Source of the DNA: Clostridiaceae bacterium | GTDB taxonomy: Bacteria; Bacillota; Clostridia; Clostridiales; Clostridiaceae | Direction of reading: 5' to 3' | Length of the DNA: 64,000 nt | Assembly: GCA_029219285.1 (NCBI GenBank) | Contig: JAQXTC010000131.1 | Span: 9,758-73,757, forward strand | Shown here: in pieces, positions 18,455-28,583 of the stretch | How positions within the stretch are numbered: position 1 is the stretch's first letter | Layout of the letters: each line of letters begins with the position of its first letter | Position numbers and translations under genes: made by a program | The notes under the pieces: model-generated | The model's database searches: none | What the model was told of the DNA's origin: nothing | What the model saw: only the letters and a program-made list of their open reading frames with translations

Positions 18455-19060
18455 GTGAAAATAATTTTGAATAATTTAGTTTTAAAGAAAAGAGAGATAA
18501 ACTCTTGTAATAAAGCAAAAAAGGAAAGAAGACAAGGAATGATTCCAGGTGTTCTTTATGGTAAAAAAATTGGAAATTTATTATTTGAAGTGGGAGAGCT
18601 AGAACTTGGAAGGGAGTTTTCGTCAACTGGAGAACATGGATTTTTAAATTTTAATTTAGATGGTCATAACGAGAAAGCTTTAGTAAAAGAAGTTCAAAGA
18701 GATCCTGTATCTCATAAAATACTTCATATAGATTTAGAAAAGGTTGATTGTAAGGAAGCTATTGAATCAGAAGTACCAATTCAATATATTGGTGAAGAAT
18801 GGCTTACTAAGAAAGGTGAGGTTCTTCAAAAGGAAAAAGGCGTAGTAAAAGTTAGTTGTACTGCAGATGATTTGCCAAAGTCAATTAAGATTGATGTATC
18901 TAAAGGTGCTGTTGGTTCAGTTTATAGAATGTCAGACTTAGAAGTAGCTAATGAGATATCAATAATAGATGATTTAGAAACTGTAATTGCATCTGTAAGT
19001 AATGAAAGAAAATTAGTGTCTGAACTACAAAAAGATGAAGAAGAGGAAGTGCAAGAATAA
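18455..19060 (+). CDS. rplY: 50S ribosomal protein L25 / general stress protein Ctc, long form
   Basis: RRQGMIPGVLYGKK, ...VQRDPVSHKILHIDL, and an acidic C-terminal tail. AAGGAG at 18449-18454. The true start may be TTG 18467 rather than GTG 18455. Confidence 0.8.
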   Translation: MKIILNNLVLKKREINSCNKAKKERRQGMIPGVLYGKKIGNLLFEVGELELGREFSSTGEHGFLNFNLDGHNEKALVKEVQRDPVSHKILHIDLEKVDCKEAIESEVPIQYIGEEWLTKKGEVLQKEKGVVKVSCTADDLPKSIKIDVSKGAVGSVYRMSDLEVANEISIIDDLETVIASVSNERKLVSELQKDEEEEVQE

Positions 19061-19080
19061 GGGCAAGTGTGCCCTTTTTT
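19061..19080 (+). terminator. intrinsic terminator after rplY
   Basis: GGGCA-agtg-TGCCC followed by T6. Confidence 0.7.
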
Positions 19081-19168
19081 GCGATATATGTAACAAAATA
19101 GCTTTTATATTGTAAAAGATTAAATTTGTTGTATAATATATATGTAAAATAGACAAGGAGGGATATAA

Positions 19169-20890
19169 GTGTATAGAGATAAATATGAAAGTTGGTTAAA
19201 TTCATCAATAATAAGCGATGAAATTAAGAATGAGTTACGTAACATAAAAGATGAAAAGGAAATAGAAGATAGATTTTATAAAGATTTAGAATTCGGTACA
19301 GGTGGATTAAGAGGAGTTATTGGAGCAGGAAGCAATAGAATGAACATTTACACAGTTTCAAAAGCTACTCAAGGATTTGCTAATTACCTAAATAATAACT
19401 TTGAAAAACCAGCTGTTTCAATAGCATATGATTCTAGAAATATGTCTAAAGAATTTGCTAAGGCTGCAGCATTAACATTATGTGCAAATGGAATTAAAGT
19501 TTATTTATATGAAGGGCTTAGACCAACACCAGTATTATCATTTACAGTTAGACATTTAAATTGTCAAGGTGGTATAGTAATAACTGCTTCACATAATCCA
19601 AAACAATATAATGGCTATAAGGTTTATGATGAATTTGGTGGACAAGTTACTGATCTTAAAGCAAACAAGATTATAAGTGAAGTAAATAATATTGAAAGTT
19701 TTGAAGCTATAAAAACAATTAGCGAAAATGAAGCTTTAGAAAAAGGATTATTACAATATATCGGTGAAGATGTAGATAAGGCTTATATTGAAAAAGTAAA
19801 AGGATTAGCAATTAGAAGTGAATTAGTTAAAGAAAATGCTAAAGACTTAAAGATAATCTATACTCCAATTCATGGATCTGGTAACATACCTGTAAGAAGA
19901 GTATTAAGTGAATTAGGATATGAAAATGTAAAAGTTGTAAAGGAACAAGAATTACCAGATGGTAATTTTCCAACAACAAGTTATCCAAATCCAGAATTCC
20001 CACAAGTTTTTGAATTAGCTCTAGAAATGGCTAAAAAAGAACCTGCTGATGTTATCTTTGGTACAGATCCAGACTGTGATAGAATCGGTGTGTTAGTAAA
20101 TACAGGAGATGGAAATTATAAAGTATTAACAGGAAACCAAACAGGTTTACTTTTAACACATTATGTTTTAAGTTCTTTAAAAGAAACTGGAAAATTACCT
20201 TCTAATGGTGCTGTTATTAAGACAATAGTTACAACTGAAGGAACTAGAAAGATAGCAGAAGACTTTGGTGTTGAACTTTTAGATGTATTAACAGGATTTA
20301 AGTACATTGGAGAAAAGATTCAACAATTCAACACAACAGGAAGTAATACTTTCTTATTTGGATTTGAAGAAAGTTATGGATGTCTTTCTGGAGATTTTGT
20401 AAGAGACAAAGATGCTGTTATTGCTTCAATGCTTATAGCTGAAATGACTCTTTACTATAAGGCTAAGGGAATGAGTCTTTACGAAGCATTAATTAAGCTT
20501 TATGAAAAATATGGATTCTTCAAAGAACAACTAGTTTCTATAGAGCTTAAGGGTAAAGAAGGAAGCGAAAAGATTAGCGCTTGTCTTGATGCTTTAAGAA
20601 AAGATAGATTAGAAGAAGTTGATGGAGTTAAGATAGTAACTAAGCTTGATTATAAGCTAAAGGTTGAAGAAAATATGTTAACTGGCGAAAAGAAAGAGAT
20701 TAGTCTTCCAACTTCAAATGTATTAAAGTACATTTTAGAAGATGATTCTTATTTCGTTGTAAGACCTTCAGGAACTGAACCTAAGATGAAGGTTTACTTG
20801 GCAGTTAAAGGAAACAGCCTAGAAAATGCAGAAAATGAAATCGTAAGATTTAAAGAAAAGGTAATGGAAATTATCAATTCTAATCTATAA
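19169..20890 (+). CDS. pgcA: alpha-D-phosphohexomutase (phosphoglucomutase/phosphomannomutase, PgcA-like)
   Basis: 573 aa. Phosphoserine loop VITASHNPKQYNGYK and metal loop FGTDPDCDRIG. GTG start after AGGAGGG. Confidence 0.88.
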   Translation: MYRDKYESWLNSSIISDEIKNELRNIKDEKEIEDRFYKDLEFGTGGLRGVIGAGSNRMNIYTVSKATQGFANYLNNNFEKPAVSIAYDSRNMSKEFAKAAALTLCANGIKVYLYEGLRPTPVLSFTVRHLNCQGGIVITASHNPKQYNGYKVYDEFGGQVTDLKANKIISEVNNIESFEAIKTISENEALEKGLLQYIGEDVDKAYIEKVKGLAIRSELVKENAKDLKIIYTPIHGSGNIPVRRVLSELGYENVKVVKEQELPDGNFPTTSYPNPEFPQVFELALEMAKKEPADVIFGTDPDCDRIGVLVNTGDGNYKVLTGNQTGLLLTHYVLSSLKETGKLPSNGAVIKTIVTTEGTRKIAEDFGVELLDVLTGFKYIGEKIQQFNTTGSNTFLFGFEESYGCLSGDFVRDKDAVIASMLIAEMTLYYKAKGMSLYEALIKLYEKYGFFKEQLVSIELKGKEGSEKISACLDALRKDRLEEVDGVKIVTKLDYKLKVEENMLTGEKKEISLPTSNVLKYILEDDSYFVVRPSGTEPKMKVYLAVKGNSLENAENEIVRFKEKVMEIINSNL

Positions 20891-20900
20891 TTTTCTATAA

Positions 20901-20937
20901 AAATGCTATCATCTGCAAAGGTGATAGCATTTTTTTG
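20901..20937 (+). terminator. intrinsic terminator
   Basis: Stem ATGCTATCA (20903-20911) / TGATAGCAT (20922-20930) plus T7. Confidence 0.8.
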
Positions 20938-20986
20938 TTTTTAGGGTATAATTAGAAGAAGACATAAAAGATTTAGGTGGTGCATT

Positions 20987-22075
20987 ATGGATTATAAATC
21001 AGAATTTAAAGAAAGATTGAGTAAATTATTATTTCTAGAAGTTGATTGGAATGGATTTAAAAGAAATGTTAATATTCCAAGTAATATTTCTATAAAGACT
21101 GAAGATTTATATATACCTATTAGTTCGAAGTATTTAGCTAGTCATGCAGGTGATGAATTAAGATTAAATAATTTGCCAATATATTATTTTATAGAAGGAA
21201 TGCTAATTGCTTTAGGTGCAGATGATAGCTTAAGGTATAGTGAAGATTACATAATAGTTCTAAATAATATAAAAGAAAGTGAAGATTGTGGAAAAGCGTT
21301 AGTAGCAGCTAAAATAAAAGAAGATAATTTTATTGAGGCTTATCTATTAATAAAAGGTTTATGCATTGCTACAGGTAATGAAGAGTATTATAAAAAATTA
21401 TTGCTTGTTGGAGAAGCTTTAAAAGAAAAAGATAAAGGCTTTACAGATATTTTATTATCTGATATTGAAAGCTGTAAGGTTGAATTTAGTGATATGTCAG
21501 ATCCTTATCTTTATAAAACTCTTATACTTAAAGAAAAAGGTGACTTTGAAGCAGCTAAAGTTGAAATACATGAGTATATAAATAAAGGTGGCGAAGTAAC
21601 AAAGCAAGTTGAAGAAATACTTAAGGATATAGATAATGTAACAACTTATGATAAAGCTATAGAACTTTTAGATGAAAGTCCTGAAAAATCTATTGGGATG
21701 TTATTAGGACTTTTGGATAATTTTCAAAAGAATCCTTTAATTTATTATTATATAGCAGTAGGATATAGAAAATTAGAAAATTATGAAAAGGCTATATATT
21801 ATCTAAATGAAAGCTTATCTATTGATAGTGGAATTTTAGAAGTTGTTAATGAAATGGGAGTAAATTATGCTTGTCTTGGGGATTTTGAACAGGCTTTAGC
21901 TTACTTTAAAAAGGCTTTTGAAGCAGCAAAAGACGTTGAAAGTTGTACTAATATAATAATGTGTTATTTGAATATGGGAAATGAAGAACAAGCTAAACTT
22001 CATTTAGACATAGCGAAGAAAATTAAGCCTGATGATGAAATAGTTCAGCAAATTGATAGGATGTTTGCTAAGTAA
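20987..22075 (+). CDS. tetratricopeptide-repeat (TPR) protein
   Basis: 362 aa. The C-terminal half has TPR-like units (YYYIAVGYRKLENYEKAIYYLNESL, GVNYACLGDFEQALAYFKKAFE, MCYLNMGNEEQAKLHLDIAKK). Confidence 0.6.
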   Translation: MDYKSEFKERLSKLLFLEVDWNGFKRNVNIPSNISIKTEDLYIPISSKYLASHAGDELRLNNLPIYYFIEGMLIALGADDSLRYSEDYIIVLNNIKESEDCGKALVAAKIKEDNFIEAYLLIKGLCIATGNEEYYKKLLLVGEALKEKDKGFTDILLSDIESCKVEFSDMSDPYLYKTLILKEKGDFEAAKVEIHEYINKGGEVTKQVEEILKDIDNVTTYDKAIELLDESPEKSIGMLLGLLDNFQKNPLIYYYIAVGYRKLENYEKAIYYLNESLSIDSGILEVVNEMGVNYACLGDFEQALAYFKKAFEAAKDVESCTNIIMCYLNMGNEEQAKLHLDIAKKIKPDDEIVQQIDRMFAK

Positions 22076-22091
22076 TTTAAAAGGAGAAGAT

Positions 22092-22799
22092 ATGTATACT
22101 GATATTTTAGGATATAAAGTATTTAATAAGAGTAAAGATGAGTTACTGAAAGAGATTGATAAAATGGATAAGGTGAACATTGTCTCAGGTAATCCAGAAA
22201 TACTTTATGCAGGACTAAATGATGAATTATTACAAAAGATGTTTAAAGATGATTATTCAATAATTATTCCAGATGGTGTAGGTACAGTTATAGCATCAAA
22301 AATGGTAAAACATCCAGTGCAAGAAAAGGTAGCTGGTATTGAAGTAATGAAAGAAGTATTACATAAGGCAGCAAAAGAAGGTAAAGGAGTCTATTTTCTA
22401 GGGGCAGAGCAGGAAGTATTAGATCAATGCATAATAAAGCTTAAAGATGAAATAGAAGGTTTAAATGTAGTAGGAAGTCATAACGGTTTTTTTGATTTGA
22501 ATAACTGTAATGAAATTATTGAAGACATACAAAAGGCAGAACCATGGGCTTTATTTGTTGCAATGGGATGTCCTAGACAAGAGAAGTTTATAGAAAACAA
22601 TATGGATAAACTTCCTTGTAAAATATATATGGGAGTTGGAGGTAGCTTTGATGTTTTCGCAGGAAAAACATCAAGAGCACCCAAATGGATGATAAAGTTA
22701 GGCTTAGAATGGCTATATAGAGTTTCTAAAGAACCATGGAGAATAAAAAGACTTGGAGCTATTCCTAAGTTTTTGTGGATTGTAATGAGAAATAGATAG
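22092..22799 (+). CDS. tagA: WecG/TagA/CpsF family glycosyltransferase
   Basis: MYTDILGYKVFNKSKDELL..., VAMGCPRQEKFI and GVGGSFDVFAG are family hallmarks. Start at ATG 22092 after AAGGAG. Confidence 0.82.
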   Translation: MYTDILGYKVFNKSKDELLKEIDKMDKVNIVSGNPEILYAGLNDELLQKMFKDDYSIIIPDGVGTVIASKMVKHPVQEKVAGIEVMKEVLHKAAKEGKGVYFLGAEQEVLDQCIIKLKDEIEGLNVVGSHNGFFDLNNCNEIIEDIQKAEPWALFVAMGCPRQEKFIENNMDKLPCKIYMGVGGSFDVFAGKTSRAPKWMIKLGLEWLYRVSKEPWRIKRLGAIPKFLWIVMRNR

Positions 22800-22811
22800 T
22801 AGGTGTAGAAA

Positions 22812-24341
22812 ATGAAGAAAAACAGTTTGATAAAATCTACTGTTATAATTATGATTGTAGCTGTTATAAGCAGATGCATAGGTCTTGTTAGAGATCAATT
22901 AATTACATATAAATTTGGAGCAACAGTATATACTGATGCATATAAATTATCTGCTTCTATACCAGATATTATTTTTACCATAATAGGTTTAGCTATATCA
23001 ACAACATTTGTACCAATGCTTAGTAGGGTAAAGGTTAATAACGGAAAAGAAGAAATGCATAGGTTTGCCAATAATATTATTAATATTTTGCTTTGCATTT
23101 CTTTTGTGATTTTTATTGTTTCTATGATGTTTCCGGAGACCATAGTAAAACTATTGGCTAAAAATGCAGATCAACAGACTATAGCTATAGCAACAGATCT
23201 TACTAGAATACTTTTGATCAATTTAGTGTTCTTGTGTGTGAATGCATGTTTTACAGCTATGCTACAGGTTAATGAGGATTTTGTAATTCCATCCATTTTA
23301 GGTCTGTTCTATAATATACCTATAATAGTATATTTACTATTTGCTAAGGATTTTAATGTATATGGATTAACAATAGCAAATGTTATAGGTACTTTTTTCA
23401 AAATGGTAGTTCAGATACAACCATTATATAAACATGGATATAAATATAGATTTTTTATTGATCTTAATGATGAAAGAATTAAAAAGATATTAATTCTTAT
23501 ATTGCCTGTAGTAATAAGTGCTGGTGCTAATTCTTTAAATCTTGTTGTAGATAAGAATATTGCTTCAGGAATACAGGTAGGTGCAATAACTGCATTAGAT
23601 TGTTCCCAACTTTTAATTAATTTTATTAATGCAATGATAACAACATCAATTTCCTCTGTGGTATATCCTGTTTTGGCTAATAGAATAAGTGAAGGTGATA
23701 AACAAGGTTTTTTGGAAGTACTTACGAAAACTATAGTTTATTTAGCATTATTATTAATTCCAATTACTGTAGGAATGATAATTTATGGTGGAGATATAAT
23801 TAACATGATATTTGGGCATGGTAATTTTACGGATAATGATGTTGCCTTAGCTTGTGCAGCGTTTATGGGATATACTGTAGGGTTATTCTTTACTGGGGTT
23901 AGAGACATATTAAACTCGACACTATTTTCTATGGGACGTACAAAAGTTACAGCAATAAATGGTGTTATAGGAGTGATAATAAATATAATTTTAAGTATAG
24001 TTCTAGCAAGAGAAATAGGTATTACAGGTATATCTTTAGCTTCATCTTTAGCGATGGTTGTAACATCTTTGTTATTAATTAGAAGTGTTATTAATATAGA
24101 AGGCAAATTAGAGATTAAGAATATTGTAAATAAAATAATTAAGATAATTATCGCTGTTGTGATTATGTCAGTGGTAGTGCTTGGGATAAATTTACTAACA
24201 GCATCATTATATTATATAGTTACATTAATAATAGGTGGTACTGTAGGTGCACTGGTATACCTAATGGTAATTTACAAATTAAAAATAGAAGAAGTAAATG
24301 AAATTATTGATTTTGCTTTGAAGAAGGTAAAGAGAGCATAG
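22812..24341 (+). CDS. murJ: lipid II / polymer-precursor flippase MurJ (MviN)
   Basis: 509 aa and polytopic. N-terminus SRCIGLVRDQLITYKFGATVYTDAY is the conserved MurJ start region. Confidence 0.85.
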   Translation: MKKNSLIKSTVIIMIVAVISRCIGLVRDQLITYKFGATVYTDAYKLSASIPDIIFTIIGLAISTTFVPMLSRVKVNNGKEEMHRFANNIINILLCISFVIFIVSMMFPETIVKLLAKNADQQTIAIATDLTRILLINLVFLCVNACFTAMLQVNEDFVIPSILGLFYNIPIIVYLLFAKDFNVYGLTIANVIGTFFKMVVQIQPLYKHGYKYRFFIDLNDERIKKILILILPVVISAGANSLNLVVDKNIASGIQVGAITALDCSQLLINFINAMITTSISSVVYPVLANRISEGDKQGFLEVLTKTIVYLALLLIPITVGMIIYGGDIINMIFGHGNFTDNDVALACAAFMGYTVGLFFTGVRDILNSTLFSMGRTKVTAINGVIGVIINIILSIVLAREIGITGISLASSLAMVVTSLLLIRSVINIEGKLEIKNIVNKIIKIIIAVVIMSVVVLGINLLTASLYYIVTLIIGGTVGALVYLMVIYKLKIEEVNEIIDFALKKVKRA

Positions 24342-24350
24342 GAGGAAAAA

Positions 24351-25628
24351 ATGAAAATTTTATTTATTGCGTGCTATTCACCTTTTATAAATAATTCAGC
24401 TAGTATAGAAACTTTACAGTATCTAAATAAATTGAGTGAAATAGCAGATAATGAAATACATCTATTAAGTGTGGATTTTCCTAAAGATTCAATATATTAT
24501 GATCATTCATTAAGTAAGATGATTAATAAAAATATAAAGGTACATTTAATAGAAGGTGGCAGAATATTTAATAAGCTTGTTCCTAGAAAATCCAGCAACA
24601 TTAATGAAACAGCTGTATCTAATGGCAATGTTAAAAAATTAAAGTTTTTAAGAAGTGTAAAAAATGCAGTGGTAATTCCAGATATGTATTATGGATGGTC
24701 AAAGAAGGCTGGGGATTACGGAATAAAACTTATGGAAAAAGAAAAATTTGATGTAATATTTTCAATGCATGAGCCACCATCATCTCATCTTTGTGCACGA
24801 AAGATTAAAAAGCAATTTAAAGATACACCATGGATAACATATTGGAGTGACCCATGGCTTAAAGATTCTACAAGGGAAAATGCTAATTTTGTAAAGAAAT
24901 CTATAGAATCATCAATGGAAAAGAATATAGTATCTCTTGCAGATAAATATATTTTTGTTACGGAAGATAATAGGGATGATTACATTGAAAGTTATGGAAT
25001 CAAGAAAGAAGATACATTTATAATTACAAGAGGTTTTGATTCAGAGTATTTTAATAAATTACGAAAAGAAGAAAAGCCAGAATTAATTGATAATAATAAG
25101 ATTAATATTATCTATGCTGGTGAAATATTCTCTAAGCTTAGAAATGTTAATCCATTTATAGAAGCAGTAGAAGAGATTAAAGAAAAAAATAATGAACTAT
25201 ATAAAAAGTTAAATATATTATTCTTTGGAAATATCGATGATGCAGAGGCCAAAGCAAAACTTGAAGGCTTGGAAGTGGCTAAGGTTTCAAAAAGAATTCC
25301 CTTTGAAGAAGCTATAAAATATATGTTAAATAGTGATATATTATTGCTTTTTGGGAATAAAAACTCCAAACAAATTCCTGCTAAAATATATGAATACTTT
25401 GGAGCAAATGGTAAGATTTTTGTTATTTATGGTGATGAAAAAGATCCAATAAGAAAGTTAGTTGAAAATCATCCTAGGTGTGTGACTTCATTAAATAATA
25501 AAACTGATATTGTAGAAAAATTAGTTGATTGTTTAAATAAAAAGAAAAGTAATCTAATAGGCGATCCAGATAATTCTTTTGAATGGAACAATATTGTAGA
25601 AAGATTAAATAAGATATTAGAGGTGTAA
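24351..25628 (+). CDS. GT-B-fold glycosyltransferase-like protein, family unclear
   Basis: 425 aa. MKILFIACYSP N-terminus and C-terminal IPAKIYEYFGANGKIFVI resemble the GT-B donor-binding region. I see no canonical E-x7-E. Confidence 0.5.
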   Translation: MKILFIACYSPFINNSASIETLQYLNKLSEIADNEIHLLSVDFPKDSIYYDHSLSKMINKNIKVHLIEGGRIFNKLVPRKSSNINETAVSNGNVKKLKFLRSVKNAVVIPDMYYGWSKKAGDYGIKLMEKEKFDVIFSMHEPPSSHLCARKIKKQFKDTPWITYWSDPWLKDSTRENANFVKKSIESSMEKNIVSLADKYIFVTEDNRDDYIESYGIKKEDTFIITRGFDSEYFNKLRKEEKPELIDNNKINIIYAGEIFSKLRNVNPFIEAVEEIKEKNNELYKKLNILFFGNIDDAEAKAKLEGLEVAKVSKRIPFEEAIKYMLNSDILLLFGNKNSKQIPAKIYEYFGANGKIFVIYGDEKDPIRKLVENHPRCVTSLNNKTDIVEKLVDCLNKKKSNLIGDPDNSFEWNNIVERLNKILEV

Positions 25629-25631
25629 GTT

Positions 25632-26768
25632 ATGCATATAATGGTTGTGCCATCATGGTATGCTTCTCAAAGCAATCCTGTTCATGGAAGTTTTTTTAAG
25701 GAACAGTTTCAAGCACTTCAGAGAAGCGGAGAAAAAATATCAGTAGCATATAATGAAATATGGCCAATAACTAAGCTTGGACGTATGAAAGAAAAAAGAG
25801 GAATAAATTATACTGTTGAAGATGGGCTGAAGACATATAGGTATAAAGATTATAACTATTTGCCTAAAAATGCGAATATGTTTAAAGCCTTTAATCGAAG
25901 AATGGAAAAATTATATCTTGAAATAGTAAAAAAAGAAGGTAAAGTAGACATAATTCATGCACATTCTGCCTTTTGGGGTGGAATATCAGCAGCGTATGTA
26001 GCACAAAAGTATGATATTCCTTTTGTGTTAACAGAACACAGCTCGCTAAAATATGCAATATATACTAAAGATAGCTATTATAAATGGATAAAGTATGCTT
26101 ATGATGCTGCAGATAAGATAATAGCGGTGGGTAATGGATTAAAAGAAGAGCTTAATAATTATACAACTAATGAAATTACAGTTATACCTAATATAATTGA
26201 TTTTTCTAAGTTTAAAGTAAAAAAACAGGAACACAACAAAAAGACGGTATTATTTTCTCTTGGATATCTAGTGCCAGGAAAAGGAATGGATAGATTAATA
26301 AAAGCGTTTAAAGATGCATTTGATAAGAATGATGATGTAATATTGAAAATTGGTGCGGATGGTGAGCTTAGAGGCGAGCTTGAACACTTAGTTAATGAAT
26401 TAAAACTTCAAGACAAAATTCAGTTTTTAGGAGCTTTATCAAGAGAAGAAGTAGCGGATGAAATGAATAAATGTGATGGATTTATTTTAGCTTCAGAACA
26501 TGAAACCTTTGGCGTAGTATATATTGAAGCTTTAGCTGTTGGAAAACCGGTTTTAGGAACAAAAAATGGAGGAGCTGAAGATATTATTAAAGATTTCAAT
26601 GGCATACTAGTTAACAATAAAGATCATGAGGCATTAGTATCGGGGCTTAAAAAATTTGTTGATGAAATTCCGAACTTTAATAATGAAATAATTAGAGAGA
26701 AGTGTATAGAAGAATATTGTGAGGAAGTTATTGTGGAAAAAATTAAGAAAGTGTATAATTCCTTATAA
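25632..26768 (+). CDS. glycosyltransferase family 4 (GT-B, Glycos_transf_1)
   Basis: 378 aa. SEHETFGVVYIEALAVGKPVLGTKNGGAEDII is the E-x7-E motif region. Confidence 0.85.
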   Translation: MHIMVVPSWYASQSNPVHGSFFKEQFQALQRSGEKISVAYNEIWPITKLGRMKEKRGINYTVEDGLKTYRYKDYNYLPKNANMFKAFNRRMEKLYLEIVKKEGKVDIIHAHSAFWGGISAAYVAQKYDIPFVLTEHSSLKYAIYTKDSYYKWIKYAYDAADKIIAVGNGLKEELNNYTTNEITVIPNIIDFSKFKVKKQEHNKKTVLFSLGYLVPGKGMDRLIKAFKDAFDKNDDVILKIGADGELRGELEHLVNELKLQDKIQFLGALSREEVADEMNKCDGFILASEHETFGVVYIEALAVGKPVLGTKNGGAEDIIKDFNGILVNNKDHEALVSGLKKFVDEIPNFNNEIIREKCIEEYCEEVIVEKIKKVYNSL

Positions 26769-26794
26769 GATTCTGAATAGAGGTGGAAGATGAT

Positions 26795-27445
26795 ATGGAA
26801 TTTAAAGAATATAAAATTGAAAAATTTATAGAAGATTTATCTTCTGATATGCCATCACCTGGTGGAGGAAATGTGGCAGCACTTACAGCAGCACTTTCTG
26901 CTAGTTTAAATTCTATGGTTTATTCATTAACGTTGAATAAGAAATCCTTTGATAAATTAGACGGAGAAGCTCAAAAACTAGTTTTAGATTGCAAGGAATT
27001 TTCATCAAGGTTTACTAAGAAAACATTGAGATTCATGGATGAAGACAGAGAAGCATTTATGAAGCTAATGGATGCATATAAATTAAAAAAAGATTCGGAA
27101 GAGGAAAAGAAAATTAGAAATGCCAAAATTTTAGAAGGGACAGTTAAAGCAATGGATGTTCCTCTAAAGTTAACAAAAGAAGCATATAAGTTTTATGATT
27201 ATATAGATGTTGCAGTTGATTATGGTAATAAAATGCTTGCTTCAGATGCAGGATGTGCAGCTATACTTTTACATGCAGCAATTGAAAGTTCAATTATGAA
27301 TGTTAAAGTTAATTTGAATTCACTTAGAGAAAAGAAAATGGCAATTGCAATTGAAGAAGAAATAAATAATATTGCAAAAAAATCATTAATGAGAAAAGAA
27401 GATATCTGTAAAAAAGTTAATGATATAATATATCCAAATGAATAG
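26795..27445 (+). CDS. cyclodeaminase/cyclohydrolase family protein (FTCD C-terminal domain; methenyl-THF cyclohydrolase-like)
   Basis: FIEDLSSDMPSPGGGNVAALTAALSASL is the characteristic N-terminal motif. Start at ATG 26795 after GAGGTGGA. Confidence 0.75.
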   Translation: MEFKEYKIEKFIEDLSSDMPSPGGGNVAALTAALSASLNSMVYSLTLNKKSFDKLDGEAQKLVLDCKEFSSRFTKKTLRFMDEDREAFMKLMDAYKLKKDSEEEKKIRNAKILEGTVKAMDVPLKLTKEAYKFYDYIDVAVDYGNKMLASDAGCAAILLHAAIESSIMNVKVNLNSLREKKMAIAIEEEINNIAKKSLMRKEDICKKVNDIIYPNE

Positions 27446-27446
27446 G

Positions 27447-27485
27447 ATCAAGGGAAGCATTTTACTATGTTTCCCTTGATTGTTT
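27447..27485 (+). terminator. intrinsic terminator between convergent genes
   Basis: 10-bp stem ATCAAGGGAA (27447-27456) / TTCCCTTGAT (27471-27480) followed by TGTTT. Confidence 0.65.
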
Positions 27486-27525
27486 AATGCGTAGGAAAGT
27501 ATAAAAGTACAAGCATCCACTCTTT

Positions 27526-28305
27526 TTATTCAGGTAAATCATTTAAAGATTTGAATTCATAGCCTTGATCTTGTAAGTCTTTAATTACAGTTTTTAATAT
27601 CTTTGTATTAGTTTTTGATACTGCATGAAGTAAAATTATTGCTCCTGGATGAGCCTTGCTTTCTATTTTTTCTATAGCGTAATTTTCTGCTGGTTGATCG
27701 TTTGTAATCCAATCTTTATAGGCAAAACTCCAAAAAATAGTTTTGTATCCTAAAGCTTTAGTTTTATCTAAAGAAGCTTTAGAATATTTACCCATTGGCG
27801 GCCTAAAGTATTTTGGCATATCAGTACCTGTGAGTTCTTTAAATGACTCTTCTACATCAGATAATTCTTTGTTAAATTTTTCTGTATCTGTTATAGTTGC
27901 CATTGAAGGGTGATGGTGAGAATGATTGCACACCAAATGTCCTTCGTCAACCATCCTTTTTATAAGGTCAGGTTCGCTATCTATATAAGGTTTTACAACA
28001 AAAAATGCTGCTGGTACATTCATTTCTTTTAATGTATCAAGTATATCTCCTGTATATCCTTTTTCATAACCTTCATCAAAGGTTAAATATAGAACTTTTT
28101 TTGAAGTATCACCTAAATAATACCCACCCTTTTCTTTTAAAAATTCTTTGCATTCCTTTGGGCAATCAGGAATTTCTCCCTTTTCTTTAGTTGGTGCATA
28201 ATACCAGTTTAGTTCGCTGTTTTCATTAGTAATTGCAAAAGTGTGTAAAGGATCTAAACAAAGTACTAGAATCATCACTAAAGAAAGTAGGATATGTTTT
28301 TTCAT
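27526..28305 (-). CDS. pdaA: polysaccharide deacetylase, delta-lactam-biosynthetic de-N-acetylase PdaA-like
   Basis: 259 aa. Signal peptide, then LNWYY...LYLTFDEGYEKGYT, VPAAFFV, EGHLVCNHSHHHPSM and ILLHAVS (NodB motifs in the PdaA arrangement). Confidence 0.8.
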   Translation of the reverse strand: MKKHILLSLVMILVLCLDPLHTFAITNENSELNWYYAPTKEKGEIPDCPKECKEFLKEKGGYYLGDTSKKVLYLTFDEGYEKGYTGDILDTLKEMNVPAAFFVVKPYIDSEPDLIKRMVDEGHLVCNHSHHHPSMATITDTEKFNKELSDVEESFKELTGTDMPKYFRPPMGKYSKASLDKTKALGYKTIFWSFAYKDWITNDQPAENYAIEKIESKAHPGAIILLHAVSKTNTKILKTVIKDLQDQGYEFKSLNDLPE

Positions 28306-28388
28306 ATATTAAGTCACCTTCCTTATAATGTTTTTCAGAAATATTATCTGTATTGTCTAGAATTAAAATACATAAATTCTATTTAGTA

Positions 28389-28417
28389 TTGAAATTTATA
28401 TATAAAATAAATATAAT
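28389..28417 (+). promoter_or_regulatory. sigma-A-type promoter upstream of ychF leader
   Basis: TTGAAA (28389-28394), a 17-nt spacer, then TATAAT (28412-28417). Confidence 0.55.
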
Positions 28418-28500
28418 AAAAGTTATGGAGAGTGTAATAATTCTCAAATATAGAGAGAGTTTTTAAGATTGTCTTATTATAAATTAGATTTTAAGGCGGT

Positions 28501-28552
28501 GGTTTAAAAGCATAGGTAGAAATCTACATAAAAAGCTTTTAGACCATTTTTT
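28501..28552 (+). terminator. intrinsic terminator-like hairpin inside the ychF 5' leader (attenuator or 3' end of a short RNA)
   Basis: 11-bp stem GGTTTAAAAGC (28501-28511) / GCTTTTAGACC (28535-28545), one G-U, with inner GTAGA/TCTAC pairing, then A + T6 (28547-28552). It lies 31 nt before the ychF ATG. Confidence 0.6.
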
Positions 28553-28583
28553 AAGGTAGTTATGAGGAAAGGAATGTACATAA

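Noticed and set aside
22478-22898. Minus-strand ORFs 22478..22879 (133 aa) and 22713..22898 (61 aa) across the tagA/murJ junction.
   Set aside because: They are antisense to motif-supported tagA and murJ. The sequence is low-complexity, with no translation signals.
28420-28500. Possible T-box or known riboswitch in the ychF leader.
   Set aside because: The leader is too short for a T-box, and I found no T-box sequence, specifier-loop architecture or any riboswitch core I recognise. It is kept only as an unclassified promoter-terminator unit in the findings.
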